DNA of 64,000 bases, taken from NCBI GenBank assembly GCA_963779075.1, contig CAVZWS010000007.1, positions 28,419 to 92,418 of the forward strand, in the 5' to 3' direction. A program made the position numbers and the translations under genes. The DNA comes from Bryobacterales bacterium. GTDB lineage: Bacteria; Acidobacteriota; Terriglobia; Bryobacterales; Bryobacteraceae. The notes under the pieces are model-generated. The model saw only the letters and a list, made by a program, of their open reading frames with translations, was not told the origin of the DNA and did not search any database. Positions within the stretch are counted from its first letter, which is position 1, and the number at the start of each line of letters is the position of its first letter. Of the stretch, positions 21,595 to 33,398 are shown one piece after another.

Positions 21595-22841
21595 CGCTGC
21601 TCTTCCTCGTCTTGGACATTGCGGTAGCGATCCTGGTGACGCTGGCTACCACCATTCAAGTGCTGTATCTGGAGTCCCTGCGCATTCGGGCCCGTGAACT
21701 ACCCTCGCTGGAATTCTTCAAAGCCACGCTGGAAGCCAAAATCGGCCTCGAAACCGAACTCGGGGCGCTCACGTTCTCGCTGGTAAAACATCTCGGCCTA
21801 GCCGTGCTCGGCTGCCTGACTCTGGCTCTCACCGCGCAAAACGCGACGGACTGGGAAGCGCTCACGGTGGCCGTCCTGCTGGTGGGCTTTTATGCCATCG
21901 TCGGCACCTATGTCATCCCGCAGATCGTTTACCGCAAGTGTACGGGACGTGGGCTCCTGCCGCTGGTTCCCGTGTTTCGTTTGATGTCGCTGTTGATTCG
22001 GCCGCTAACGTGGGCGCTCAACTTCCTGCAATCCGTGTTCGATCTCGGCGACCATCCTCAAGCCGACGAAGCGCCCACGCCCGAGGAGCACATCGACGCC
22101 CTGATCGCCGCCGGCGAAGAAGAAGGCATCATTGAAAAAGGCGACCGCGAACTGATCCAATCGGTGGTCGCGTTCGGTGACACTACGGTGCGCGAAATCA
22201 TGACGCCGCGCCCGCGCATCGTCGCCATCCGCCAGGACGCCTCGCTCGAGGAACTGCGCGAGATCGTGATCCATGAGCAGTACTCGCGCATCCCGGTTTA
22301 CGAAGACAATATCGATCAGATCACCGGCTTCGTACACGTTCGCGACATGTTCGAGCTCAGCGACGAAGAGCGCGCCCAGCGTAAAGTCCGCGACATCGCG
22401 CGCCCGATTCGCGCCGTTCCCGAAACCAAGCCGGTCAACGATCTGCTGCGCGAGATGCAGGAAGAAGGCGCGCACATGGCCGTGGTGGTGGATGAATACG
22501 GCTCCACTGCCGGCATCGTCACCATGGAGGACATGGTGGAGGAGATCGTCGGTGAGATCCACGACGAGCATGAGCCAGAGCGTGATTTCAGCGCCCAGCC
22601 CGACGGCAGCTATATCGTCTCCGGCAGCTTCGACATCAGCCGTCTCCAATCCCTGCTGGATTACCGGCCGCCCGAAACAACGGAATCGACCACCGTCGGC
22701 GGGCTGGTCACGGAATGGCTGGGACACGTGCCGGAGGCGGGCGAATCGCTCGAGCGCGATGGCCTTTCGATCAAAGTTCTGGCCGCAAACCAGGTGCGGG
22801 TGGATCAGGTCCGGGTGGCAAAGACTGCCGCGAGCGAATGA
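21591..22841 (+). CDS. hemolysin/CorC family protein (DUF21-CBS-CorC_HlyC)
   Basis: N-terminal 4-TM region, a CBS pair (VREIMTPRPRIVAI...) and a C-terminal transporter-associated domain. Start overlaps the ybeY stop. Confidence 0.85.
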   Translation: MTLLFLVLDIAVAILVTLATTIQVLYLESLRIRARELPSLEFFKATLEAKIGLETELGALTFSLVKHLGLAVLGCLTLALTAQNATDWEALTVAVLLVGFYAIVGTYVIPQIVYRKCTGRGLLPLVPVFRLMSLLIRPLTWALNFLQSVFDLGDHPQADEAPTPEEHIDALIAAGEEEGIIEKGDRELIQSVVAFGDTTVREIMTPRPRIVAIRQDASLEELREIVIHEQYSRIPVYEDNIDQITGFVHVRDMFELSDEERAQRKVRDIARPIRAVPETKPVNDLLREMQEEGAHMAVVVDEYGSTAGIVTMEDMVEEIVGEIHDEHEPERDFSAQPDGSYIVSGSFDISRLQSLLDYRPPETTESTTVGGLVTEWLGHVPEAGESLERDGLSIKVLAANQVRVDQVRVAKTAASE

Positions 22842-23731
22842 AGAAACCCAAACATCGCGCGGGATTCGTCACTATCCTGGGCCGACCCAACGCCGGCAAG
22901 TCCACGCTGCTGAACGCGCTGCTGGGGACCAAGCTGGCTATCGTGGCGTCCAAACCGCAAACCACGCGGACCTCGATTCAAGGCGTACTGACACTGCCCC
23001 AGGCCCAGATCGTGTTCGTCGATACTCCCGGCATTCACAGATCCAATACCTTGCTCAACAAGCGCATGATGGATACCGTCCGGGCCGCCGCGGGCGCGCC
23101 TGATATCGTGCTGTTTGTGATCGACGCAACAGCCGCATTCACAGATGAAGACCTGCAGGCCGTGGATCTGGCGAAGAAAATCGAAGCGCCGGTCATCGCG
23201 GTGCTCAATAAAGTGGACTGGCTGGAGGAGAAGCCTAAAATTCTGGATCTGATCGAGAAATACCGCGCGTTGCATGATTTCGCGGCGTATATCCCGATTT
23301 CCGCCAAGACCGGCGATGGCCTGGATGTGCTGCAACAGGAAATCATCCAGCGCCTTCCCTCCGGCCCCGCGCAATACGCGGACGATTACTTGACCGATCA
23401 ACCGCAGCGCTTCCTGGCCGCCGAAGTGGTCCGCGAAAAAGTTCTGCACCACACGCAGCAGGAAGTGCCGCACGCGGTGGCCGTGCTGATCGATTCCTGG
23501 GAGGACACGCCCAAGCTGCTGCGCATCGCCGCCACGATTTACGTCGAGAGGCCGGGGCAGAAAGCGATCCTCATCGGAGCGGGCGGCGCGGCGCTCAAGA
23601 AGATCGGCACGCTGGCGCGCAAGGAGCTCGAACACCTGTTCGACCGTAAAGTTTTCCTGCAGACTTTCGTAAAGGTGCGTGCCGGCTGGCGCCAAGACCC
23701 CGAGTTTCTTACCGCGGTCGACTGGCGCTGA
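22838..23731 (+). CDS. era: GTPase Era
   Basis: ATG at 22838 overlaps the previous stop (ATGA). G1 GRPNAGKSTLLN, G3 DTPG, G4 NKVD, and a KH tail. Confidence 0.9.
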   Translation: MKKPKHRAGFVTILGRPNAGKSTLLNALLGTKLAIVASKPQTTRTSIQGVLTLPQAQIVFVDTPGIHRSNTLLNKRMMDTVRAAAGAPDIVLFVIDATAAFTDEDLQAVDLAKKIEAPVIAVLNKVDWLEEKPKILDLIEKYRALHDFAAYIPISAKTGDGLDVLQQEIIQRLPSGPAQYADDYLTDQPQRFLAAEVVREKVLHHTQQEVPHAVAVLIDSWEDTPKLLRIAATIYVERPGQKAILIGAGGAALKKIGTLARKELEHLFDRKVFLQTFVKVRAGWRQDPEFLTAVDWR

Positions 23732-23767
23732 AGGCATAGCAATATGTAGAATTGGAAAGGTAACTTT

Positions 23768-24054
23768 ATGCGCCTCGTCAGCTTGCTCTTAATCTTCGCC
23801 TAATGATTGCGCCGATGCTGGTTCTGGCGCAGGGAACACCCGACGACGATCGTATTTACGACGCGGTACGCCGCAGACTCGCCGACGACGTCGACGTCAA
23901 GGGCGCGGGTTTCGAGGTGGTCGGTTAAGAAGGGCGCGGTAACTCTCCAAGGCCGGGTACACGACGAGAAGGCGCGCGAAAAGGCCGCCCGCATCGTGAA
24001 AAAAGTGAAAGGCGTCACCAGCGTCGACAATAAACTGAAGCTCTTGAGTGAGAC

Positions 24055-24058
<4 letters not shown>
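23768..24058 (+). pseudogene. small secreted BON-domain protein, frame interrupted
   Basis: MRLVSLLLIFA(stop) in one frame, MIAPMLVLAQGTPDDDRIYDAVRRRLADDVDVKGAGFEVV in a second, and KKGAVTLQGRVHDEKAREKAARIVKKVKGVTSVDNKL (BON motif) in the first again. Confidence 0.5.
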
Positions 24059-25614
<1,556 letters not shown>

Positions 25615-25691
25615 GAACTATCCATTTTGACATGCGACTGCGTTCGCGTCTGACATGCTACTGCGCCCACGGATGTGGCATGCTGGACCTC

Positions 25692-26511
25692 ATGCGCTTG
25701 GTAACATTTCAACCCGCGGGTGCGGCTCCGCAAGCCGGAATCGTGATGCCGGACGGCCGGGTCATCGGCTTAGGTCGAGACATGCTGTCGGTGATTGCGG
25801 CCGGACCGCCGTCCAACGTTGACGGGCGCGTCTTATAGCCTGGCGGAGGTCAAATTATTGGCGCCCATTCCGCGTCCGCCGAAGTTCATCTGCGTGGGCT
25901 TGAACTACCGCGATCATGCGCGCGAAACCGGCATGGAGATCCCCACCGTCCCTACCATCTTCAATAAATTTACGAACGTGGTGATCGGTCCCGGCGCGCC
26001 GATCGTCCTGCCCAAGGTTTCGACACGGCCGGATTATGAGGCCGAATTCGCTTTCATCATCGGAGCCGGCGGCCGCAACATTTCCGCCTCCGACGCCCTC
26101 AATCACGTCTTCGGCTACACCATCGTGAATGACGTCACCGCGCGCGACTATCAGATGGTCACGTCGCAGTGGCTGATGGGCAAGACTTTCGATACTTTCG
26201 CGCCCATGGGGCCTTGGATCGTCACCCGTGACGAGATCGCCGACCCGCATGCTTTAGACATCTCGCTCGAAATCGGCGGCGAGATTCTGCAACATTCCAA
26301 TACCCGGGAGCTGGTGTTCGGAGTCGCCGCGTTGATCGAATATATTTCTTCGGTGGTTACGCTCGAGCCGGGAGATGTTGTCGCCACGGGAACTCCGGCG
26401 GGCGTGGGCTTTGCGCGCAAACCGCCGCGCTATTTGCGTGCCGGCGACGAAGTTGTGATTCGCATCCAGGGCATTGGGGAACTGCGGAATCCCGTGATCG
26501 GCGAAGGTTAG
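25692..26511 (+). pseudogene. fumarylacetoacetate hydrolase (FAH) family protein, one frameshift
   Basis: The N-terminus MRLVTFQPAGAAPQAGIVMPDGRVIGL is in the frame of ORF 25632. The rest (KFICVGLNYRDHARE...GTPAGVG) is in ORF 25795..26511. The junction is near 25800-25840. Confidence 0.8.
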
Positions 26512-26595
26512 CTGCGAAAGCCGGCTCCAGCGGACTATTTTCAGCTCGAACGGACTATTTCCGCCCACCTGCGCGTCTGATAAACTGGATCAAGT

Positions 26596-26669
26596 TGGGA
26601 GGTCGTCTAACGGTAAGACTGCGGCCTCTGGAGCCGCGTATCGGGGTTCGAATCCCTGCCTCCCAGCCA
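26596..26669 (+). tRNA. tRNA-Gln (anticodon CTG)
   Basis: Hand-folded cloverleaf. Acceptor TGGGAGG/CCTCCCA, D-stem GTCT/AGAC, anticodon stem GCGGC/GCCGC with loop CT-CTG-GA. T-arm CGGGG-TTCGAAT-CCCTG, discriminator G, and encoded CCA. Confidence 0.85.
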
Positions 26670-26687
26670 TTCCAGACGGCAAACTCT

Positions 26688-27610
26688 ATGCGATTCCACG
26701 CCTTTGTGCTCCTCGCCGCTCCACTATCGTGTCTTGCCCAAGTGCCTGGGGCTGACCACGGCGCCCCCAGCGGTCCAGATCCCGGCGGGTCGCCAAGGCT
26801 CCCCCGGAAGTGGACCAGGCATTGCGTGCCCGCGCGAACGCCTTCCTCGATTACGAGAGCAAGGGAGATTTTCGCAAAGCTTACGATTTAGTCGCCGAGG
26901 ATAGCAAAGACTATTACTTTGGCGCCACCAAGGAGAAGTCTGCGTCGTTCACGATCGACGAAGTTCAATACGGCGCCGACTTATCCACGGCGACGGTCAA
27001 ATCGACCATGAAGCGCCAAACGATGCTGGCAGGGCACCCAGTAGAAGTGCCCCAGTTGCTGATTTCCCGGTGGAAGCTTGAAAAGGGAGAGTGGGTTTGG
27101 TATCACGATCCATCCAAGGACGTCACTAAGACCATCATAGGCGAGCTCCCGAGCCGCCCCGGTGGAGACAACTACCGAGTCGCCGCTTCCGAAGGATCTA
27201 AGCCAAAAGGCTGGCGATGGAGGCGGAGAAGGCGATCGTCGCCCCCAGGGCAACCATCGATAAGAAGGAAGTCATATTCATCCTGGGCAAGGAAGGCGAC
27301 GGAACAAGTGACGTTCCACAACAGCAATCCGGGACCGTTTCGTGTGTATGCCGAGGTACGGGGCGTTGCCGACACCATCACCGTGGAACCCAACAATATC
27401 ATGGTAAATCCACAGGCGGATGCTCCATTTAAAATCACTTACAAGCCACGCCCGGAATCGCCCTTGCAAGGCAGGGTGCTGTTTACTTTAGAGCCTTTCG
27501 GCAGCGTCTACGTTTTGCCGGTGAGAATCGCGCGCGAACGGCAAATTCGGAAGCCCGCCGCCGCTCCCGTGGCACCAGCCGATGCCGTGCCCGCTCCTGC
27601 GGTGCCGTAG
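26688..27610 (+). pseudogene. hypothetical secreted protein, about 3 frame interruptions
   Basis: Signal peptide MRFHAFVLLAAPLSCLAQ (frame of ORF 26595). The body is in ORF 26810..27610, with a short excursion into the frame of ORF 27217 (AEKAIVAPRATIDKKEVIFILGKEGDG). No family recognised. Confidence 0.45.
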
Positions 27611-27869
27611 CGTCCGAAGTAGCTGCGTTCCTCTAGATACGCTTTACGTCCCGCCTGATGAGCCGGCGGCGGGAAGAACGATGCTCTCCTGCAAGTGACA
27701 CCCCGCGTCCGCCCATAAACACATAGCATCCATCGACGTACCTCATCGGTTAGCAGTGCGCCGCCTGCTCCGCCTCGGAACATGGGTCAGGAGGATTTTG
27801 ATTTGCCGATCGCGCGCCGCGGGCAATCACCGCAATCATGGCGGAAAGACAAAACCAGGAGCAATCATC

Positions 27870-28791
27870 ATGCTGACTTCTTTACCCGATTGAGCAACCC
27901 CAACCCAACCAGGAATTCTACGGCTTGGACGTGCTGAACCTTTTCGAGACCTACACGCGCGCTCAATTTGAAGCGGCGGGCGGTCCGCTGATCCCGTTCG
28001 ACCCGACTCGACCCGAGCAAGACTGGTGGGACGACACGTATGCGGCCGTAGCGCCCACCCAGAGCGTGAGTTATAACGCCGTAGTCTCGGGCGCCGGCGG
28101 CACAGCGGCCATCGGCAGCTTCACCCAGACGGCCGCGCAGATGGCTACACCCAATTTCAAGGGCCTGCCGAATTACCCGAAGTGGACTCCGGCTCCTTCG
28201 CGTGCGGTCTACAATCACGCCGCGCCGAGCACCACCAGCCCAGTGGACCCGAAGGATCTGAGCACGGCGGCGCAGGCGCAGGCGCTGCTGGCGGAGCTTG
28301 GCGGCACGCAGCATCGTGGATATCGGAGCAAACTCAGTCACGCTCCCCAATATCGGTCAGATCGTGTTCCCGGTGACCTACCCTCCCGACGACCCTCGCC
28401 GGTTATTTGCCGTGGTGCTTTCGAGCGGCAAGTTTTTCGACGTGGGACAGGCGCTCGCCGAGAAGTATGCCGCGGGTATGGGAGCGCCGGGGTCGTGGGT
28501 GGCCGACGCTACGCAGATCAGCGGCTTGAGCTGGCAGGCGACCGCCGTGCCGGACGGGAGCGCGAGCACCGCGGCGGCTCTTCCAGTGCCCTGCCGTCAA
28601 TTGCTGGCGAATGAGAAGGTTGGTGACTTCTCTGGTCGGCGGGCTCGGGATTTCAGACCACGCAAGTTCAGCGGACGGACCTGATCCCGGCGGCTGACAT
28701 CGCCTTCCGGCGAGGCGGCACAGATCCGGTACTGCTGGATATCCAGGTCAAGGTCACGGCCCTTTATAACTTGATCGTTCCGCGGAGCTGA
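27870..28791 (+). pseudogene. hypothetical protein (no signal peptide), about 3 frame interruptions
   Basis: AGGAG at 27857 lies 8 nt before ATG 27870. The text continues through ORFs 27925 and 28298 and ends ...DPVLLDIQVKVTALYNLIVPRS with TGA at 28789-28791. No family recognised. Confidence 0.4.
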
Positions 28792-28806
28792 AGGGAGTCA
28801 CGGAGC

Positions 28807-29338
28807 ATGTCCTTACGATCGGGAATTCATCTGATGATGGGGAGCCTGGCGCTGACTCTTGCTCTCTCGCTGCCCGTAGTGGCGCAGACTGCGCCGCCCG
28901 CCGCGTTGCCAGCCATAGCGCCGCGCCCTGCCCTGCCTCGTTTTATGCGGCAGGCGCGAGCTTTAATCCGCAGGCCACTCCCAACCTTGCTGGCTGGTAT
29001 GCGATCGCCGTCCCGATTACGAAATGTGACAAGGACTTCCAGGCATATTCAATCACGATGAATAATCTGACTCCAAAGGGCAGCGGGGCAAACCTGACTT
29101 TCACCAGCACCACGTCGACCGGACTTGGCGATACCGCTGAAGCAAGTGGGGCCGATCGATATTCTATACTTTCGGCACGCTCGGAACCAGCGTAAGTGGG
29201 CAGTCTTCCAGCCTGGCAGGGACTTGGGGCGGGGTCGCCGTGGTGCCGATTGGCAGGACAACCTGGCGTCTCACTCCGTGGGCTCAGTCAATCGGCGGAA
29301 AGTGGATGGGCGGTTTGGGTATTGGAAGGAGCTATTGA
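28807..29338 (+). pseudogene. small hypothetical secreted protein, 2 frame interruptions
   Basis: GGAG before ATG 28807. Signal peptide MSLRSGIHLMMGSLALTLALSLPVVAQ. The text continues as ASFYAAGASFNPQATPNLAGWYAIAVPITKCDKDFQAYSITMNNL... and IFYTFGTLGTSVSGQSSSLAGTWGGVAVVPIGRTTWRLTPW...GRSY. It ends 20 nt before the terminator. Confidence 0.4.
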
Positions 29339-29358
29339 GGAGCGGTCCCAAATAAAAA

Positions 29359-29380
29359 AGGGAGGGCCGAAGCCCTCCCT
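29359..29380. terminator. bidirectional rho-independent terminator
   Basis: AGGGAGGGC-cgaa-GCCCTCCCT (9-bp GC-rich stem). It is flanked by an A-run on the + strand (a T-run on the - strand) and by TTCTCT. It sits between convergent genes ending at 29338 (+) and 29402 (-). Confidence 0.65.
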
Positions 29381-29401
29381 TTCTCTAACATCGACTACCT
29401 G

Positions 29402-31638
29402 TTAGTTTTCCAGCTCGTCAGCATACGTCTGGGTGGTGCGCTGCAATTGGCGCGCCGAGCCAGAAACGATCGGCGTGGCGATGCCGCCGCCGCCTGGGAG
29501 CCTCTGCCTTATCGAGGACCAGACCAAGGTAAGTCTGCGGAGTCAGGCCGACGCCCGAGAGCGAAGCGATGCCATGGCAGTATTGGAATTCAGACTGCGC
29601 AATGACATAACCGGCGAACGGACCTTCGATCGGCTTCAGACCATTGCCTGCGGTCTGACTGCCGGCGACTGCCGCCGACGGGCTGATCACAAACGCCATA
29701 TACGAGCCGGGTGGAACCAGCGGGGTTGCCGTCTGCGGAGCAATGACCGTACTTGCGCTCGTGGCGCTACCGAAGGTCGACGGATTGAAGTTGAAGTCCG
29801 CCGTTCCGAAGAACCAGAAGGTCACGTGCCCGTTCTGCGGTTGGGCTGTAAAGCCGGCCGCGCAGGTGGTGCCTCCGCAAGGATCCTGCGACGTGTTGGC
29901 TATAACGATGCTGGTGTTGATGGCCGAGTTGCCAACCACCCACGGGAACAGCATGTCGCAAGCGCACTTGCCATAGGTATACAGTCTGATGGGAGGTGTC
30001 GGCAGCGGGTTATCCACGAAGCGCGGGATGGGGTAGGTGGAGGACAATTCTGGGCCGCGCCCACACCCGCAGTGCTGGTGGCGTAGTACGGAGCAAAGCT
30101 GGCATTCGCCGAGCCCGTCACGCCCACTTGAGGCGTGCCGCCCACCGGCGGAGTGGTGTTCAGGCTGATCGTCGGGTTGACATACACGACTACGTTGGCG
30201 AATTCGAGAGCGTTCGGATCGGCGAAAGCGACCTCGTAAACCACAATGCCGTTGCCATTGGCATCGAGAGAGATGAGGCTGGTACCCGCTACAGCGCCGG
30301 AGGCAGTGCAAGCGGCGGTGGTTCCACCATAGCCATGGGCATCCGTACCGCAGACCATAATAAGAGTGCCGGTGTCAACGTCATTGGCGATACTGCCGGT
30401 CTCGAGGTCCACCTGAAGCGGTACGCTGGGATTGCTGCCGATCGGTATCCCAGAGAAGCGGATGGCAAACCGCGTACCCTGCGAAACCTCACCGGCGGTA
30501 GATATGCCGGTTGTCGGAGCTATTGAAAGCCGTTCCAGTAGGAGCTACTCCGTTGGAGCCGGTTCCAGCGGGGGGATTGGTGGCAGGAGTACTGAGAAGG
30601 GGATCGAAGTTGATGCCGGTCTCAGTGTTATACAGCGCGTTGGGCACGTTCTGATTGATATCCGGGTCTGTGATACTGGTGCCGCCGTTCCACTGGAAAA
30701 ACGAGCCAGGTGTAACCGGCGCGGTGCCATTGGCTAAGATCTGCGCGAAGTTACGGACCTTAAAGGCGGTCGGGAAACCTTCCGACAGCAGGATACAGTT
30801 GGTCGTATAACCCGGCTGCAGCGTTGCATTGCAGGAAGGTGGCTGCGCCGCTAATGAGGTCAGGCGACTCGTGCGTGCTGTTGCGCTCACTACTAGGCCG
30901 ATGCGGACAGTGCCGTTCTGCACGTTCACGATCTGGTTACCACCAAAATTGGTGCCGTTGAACGACACCACGGTGTTGATGGTGGTCAAGCTGAACGAGT
31001 TGCCCAGATTATAGACGTTTAAAGCCACCGAGTTTACACGGAGGTTCGTGATACGCATGGTGCGGGTGGGTGTCACGCCATTGGCGGCCGGACCCGGGGG
31101 GTCGATCGGCACGCCAATGAACTGAATGGCTTGGCCAAACGAACCGTCAACCTGCCGTCCTTGGAATACGTTCGGACGACCAGCAGCGCCGTTATAGTCA
31201 CCGGTCCCGTTGCCGTTTGCCGAAGTGATATCGCAGGTAAGGTTGGCTGGAGTGGTCTGGAAAGGAGCAGTCGTGCTGCCACAATTCTCCATCCCAATGG
31301 TGCTGGTCGACGTCCCGGCTTCATCCATGATCAACAAAGCTTCATTCCAATTCGGATCGTCGGTGGTTTGGGTGAGCTTGCTGGTGATCGCGGTGTTGGT
31401 TGTGAATACCGTAATGGTTGCCTTCGGTATCGAGGTACCAACGGTGGTAGGAACTCCACCCGTGGCAAGTGATAAATACATCACCCGCGAGCGCGGTATA
31501 CTCCTCCGCCCGAATCAGTGGGTTGTTCGCTGAGCCTGCGCACTGCATCAGCGTAGATTGAGCGCTTGCCGGGACCGAGAGCCCCGCCAGGAGCGTTACT
31601 CCAGCAAACGCGTAAAGCCATTTGCGAAAATCTGCCAT
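29402..31638 (-). pseudogene. large secreted protein of unknown function (about 745 aa), at least 4 frame interruptions; candidate T2SS substrate
   Basis: Strong RBS AAGGAGAAGGAA before ATG 31638. Signal peptide MADFRKWLYAFAGVTLLAGLSVPASAQ. The protein runs through ORFs 31342, 30489, 29900 and 29418 and ends ...RQLQRTTQTYADELEN with TAA at 29402-29404. The composition is T/S/N/G-rich with several Cys pairs. No family recognised. Confidence 0.55.
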
Positions 31639-31939
31639 TTCCTTCTCCTTGTGAATTGTTGGAATTGAATTGATGGAAGTTCTCTTGTTCAACCTGAGCC
31701 TCAATATGCAATCCCCTTAGCTTTGAAGAACCTCGGGAACCGAGCTTCCCAGCCGCACTTCACTCTGGCTGATCTCCGCTCGACTGCTGTCTTACTCCAG
31801 CTCATCTTGATGGACTTCTTTTTGCTTCTTTATTCGTTCTGTGCTCGCGGGAATGACGGCGCAATACACCGCCCTGCCCTGATGTACAACTAACAACTGC
31901 TTTGGAATCCTCGGACGCAGTCAGACTCTATAGATAACA

Positions 31940-31960
31940 TTGACGAATGGCTTTCGTCAA
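31940..31960. promoter_or_regulatory. perfect 8-bp inverted repeat (possible operator)
   Basis: TTGACGAA-tggct-TTCGTCAA lies in the 454-bp intergenic region between gspD and the large secreted protein gene. Confidence 0.25.
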
Positions 31961-33092
31961 GGCAAAATTACCAATCCTCAGTTCAGTTTGCCCTTACGCA
32001 CGGTATATAAATTGTAGTATTTCGCAGAGAATGGCGAGCTTTGGGGGTTTACCGGCGATTTTGACAGGCGGAGGGGGGAATCTAGCCCCCGAAGAATATT
32101 AAAGCAGCTTAACGTATCTTTGCAGCTTTTTGACCCGATCGCGCAGCTCGTTGCTGGCTTCAATGAGGTCGCTTTCGTCAAGAATCACGTGCGGCGTCAT
32201 AAAGATAATGAGTTCGCTACGTTCATGCGAGGTGCTCTTGTTGCCGAATAACAGGCCGATTCCGGGCAGGCGCGACAAATAGGGAATTCCACTGGTACTG
32301 TTGGTGGAGGTATCGCTGATCAGGCCCCCGATGGCGATCGTGTCGCCATCCTGGACCGTCACTTGCGTCTGCACCACCTGCTGATCGAAGGACGGTGTCA
32401 GGGTGCCGGCGCCGGCGCCCGGCGGAGCTGACTTCCTGGTTGATCACCAGCGTGACCACGCCGCTGGGATTGACGCGCGCATTTACCTGCAGAGTGACTC
32501 CGGTGTTCTGGGCAGAGATGCTGCTGGTGACGGTGCTCGATCCCGCTACGGTGGTCGAAGTCGAAGTCTGCACGGGCACCTGGGTGCCGACATTGAGCGT
32601 TGCAGGAATGCTGTCGGTGGCGATCAGGCTTGGCTCGGAAAGAATCGTGGTGCGGCCTTGATTCTCGGATAGATTGAGGAACGCCAGAAGCTCCTTGCTC
32701 TTGCCCACCAAAGCCCGAACTGGAGGGCCCCGGCGGCTACGCCGGAGACAGAGCTGAGAGTGCCCAGCAGACCCTCGATCGGCGCCAGTCACGCGCTGGA
32801 ACTGGGCCGAAACTCCGCCCGCGAACGATCCGCTCAGACTTACGGAATAGATCTTCGCTTCGAGCAGAATCTGGCGCGGGGGAACATCAAGATCCTTGAG
32901 GATGCGCAAAACCTCCTGATACTGTTCCGGAGTGGCTTGGATAATCAGTGCATTGTCGAGTGGGTTGGCAACAACTCGCACGGCCGGTTTGCCGTCCGGC
33001 GTTTGTCCTGGGGCAGGCGCCGCGGGCGCACCCGAGCCTACGATCGAAGCCACCGGAGTGGCGCCGGCCGCGGTCGCCGGTACTTGCGCCGC

Positions 33093-33398
33093 GTATCCGC
33101 CAAACACCGGATAACCATATCCTCCGCCACCATAGCCGCCGCCACCGCCGTATCCGCCCATGGAACCGGGACAGGCGCCCATCCCGCCAAAGTTGTTATT
33201 GAAATTGTTCCCGGCGCCATAGGTACTGCCATTCATTCCTGCGCCTGCACCGGCGGCCGCATAGGTATTGGGGTATCCATAGCCGTTGGATTGGCCGCCG
33301 TAGCCACCGCCGTAGCCGCCCCCGTAGCCGCCCGGGTAACCACCGCCGTAGCCGCCTCCGCCGTAGCCGCCCCCGCCATAGCCGCCGCCGTAGCCATA
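33093..33398 (-). repeat. Gly/Tyr-rich low-complexity coding tract inside gspD
   Basis: aa 184-285 of ORF 32223..33947 read YGYGGGYGGGGYGGGGYGGGYPGGYGGGYGGGYGG...GGYGGGGGYGGGGYGYPVFGGY. The tract is encoded by imperfect GCCGCC(G)TAGCC repeats. Confidence 0.85.

Noticed and set aside
22273-23737. ORFs 22273..23103 (+), 22805..23737 (-) and 22005..22727 (-)
   Set aside because: These are alternative-frame or antisense ORFs overlapping the corC-like and era genes, whose motifs are unambiguous.
26596-31700. Genomic island or prophage remnant integrated at tRNA-Gln
   Set aside because: There is no integrase, transposase or phage-like gene. I could not find a direct repeat of the tRNA 3' end downstream. 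Only orphan genes support the idea, so I did not call a mobile element.
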